Shown: positions 63,175-64,000 of the stretch, piece after piece
Layout of the letters: each line of letters opens with the position of its first letter
Position numbering within the stretch: position 1 is the first letter of the stretch
NCBI GenBank assembly: GCA_047495785.1
Contig: JBLDXI010000042.1
Span: forward strand, 1,240,001-1,304,000
Direction of reading: 5' to 3'
Source: Lepidodermella squamata
Lineage: Eukaryota > Animalia > Gastrotricha
Length of the DNA stretch: 64,000 nt
Made by a program: the position numbers and the translations under genes
The notes under the pieces: generated by a model
What the model was told of the DNA's origin: nothing
What the model saw: only the letters and a program-made list of their open reading frames with translations
The model's database searches: none

Positions 63175-64000
63175 AAGGAAGGTCGAGGGTTCGAACCCAA
63201 GCTTTCGTTGAACTGCTCTCTAATGATTTCTGTCAACATGCTCTCGCTGTTGGCGATATTTGGTCATCGACTTCAATTCAACTTCAATTCAATCCTTGTC
63301 ATTCAATTGTAACCTCAACAATTTGTTTTTCAAGAAATTACCGAAACTTCGGATAGTCGTTGGTTCGAACCCAAACCCTCGTTCAACTGCTCAGCAACGA
63401 TTTCTTTCATCCGTATGCTCTCAATCTTGGCGTTAACGTCGTTACCGAAATCGATTTACCTTGTACATGTTATTCAATCGCACCCTGCTTGAATTAGTAT
63501 GCCAATTTTTTGAAAATTTAAAAGTTAAAAGGTCGAGGTTTCGAACCCAAGCTTTCGTTGAACTGCTTTGTGATGATTTCGTTCTCCTTCATGCAGCCAG
63601 AAGCTCTTGACGTCTAAATGCTCTCGTTTTCGGCGTCAACGTCATTACCGAGATCGATTCAGTTTGTACATTCAATCGCTCCCTCCTTCAATTTTTATAA
63701 CAATCTCGTCATCAGTGACATGGATTCTACCAATTCATGTCATTCAATTGTTACCCCGATTAATTTTTACAACAAACCTATCGAAACTTCGAAACTTAAC
63801 TTAAATTATATTATCCAACCTTCATGTTTTGTTATTTGCGTTCTCGTCATCAGTGTCATCGATTCTCCCAATTCATGTCATTCAGTTGTTACCCCGATTA
63901 ATTTTTACAACAACCTCTCGAAACTTCGAAACTTTAGCTCAAACCTTCTTGTTTTGTTCTTTTTGCGTTCTCGTCATCAGTGACATGGATTCTACCAATT
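63175..64000. repeat. Degenerate ~175-bp (then shorter) repeats related to the 180-bp satellite
   Basis: GTCG...G(G/T)TTCGAACCCAA at ~63181, ~63356 and ~63531, followed by ATGCTCTC, TGTCATTCAA and TTTTTCAAGAA blocks shared with the satellite. TCTCGTCATCAGTG...AATTCATGTCATTCA repeats at ~63704, ~63842 and ~63969. Confidence 0.7.

Noticed and set aside
61435-63983. Short ORFs in the right flank
   Set aside because: They lie in degenerate repeats and show no coding signature.

Overview
Eukaryotic (probably invertebrate-type) genomic DNA: short AT-rich GT-AG introns and GC-richer exons. About 95% of the window is a head-to-tail array of four ~15-16 kb units (periods about 14,992, 14,995 and 15,173 bp for units 2-4; unit 1 is a diverged variant). 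Each unit carries, in order: a minus-strand tRNA-like Pol III cassette, an internal 180-bp satellite (17/11/11/12 monomers), a ~300-nt densely base-paired block with UUCG-type loops just upstream of the ATG, one 25-exon gene, and a downstream cluster of GC-rich hairpins. Splicing the gene by hand gives one open frame of about 2,680 aa in unit 1. Domain order: two identically spaced Cys/His fingers, further Cys-rich segments, an HUH (Y2) Rep endonuclease, a highly divergent PIF1-like SF1B helicase, and a C-terminal SLX1-like GIY-YIG nuclease. This is best read as an apparently intact, divergent Helitron-like (Helitron2/Helentron-side) rolling-circle transposon amplified in tandem. The last ~3.2 kb is a diverged continuation of the unit followed by degenerate repeats, including relatives of the internal satellite. 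All alignments, folds and domain calls were made by eye.
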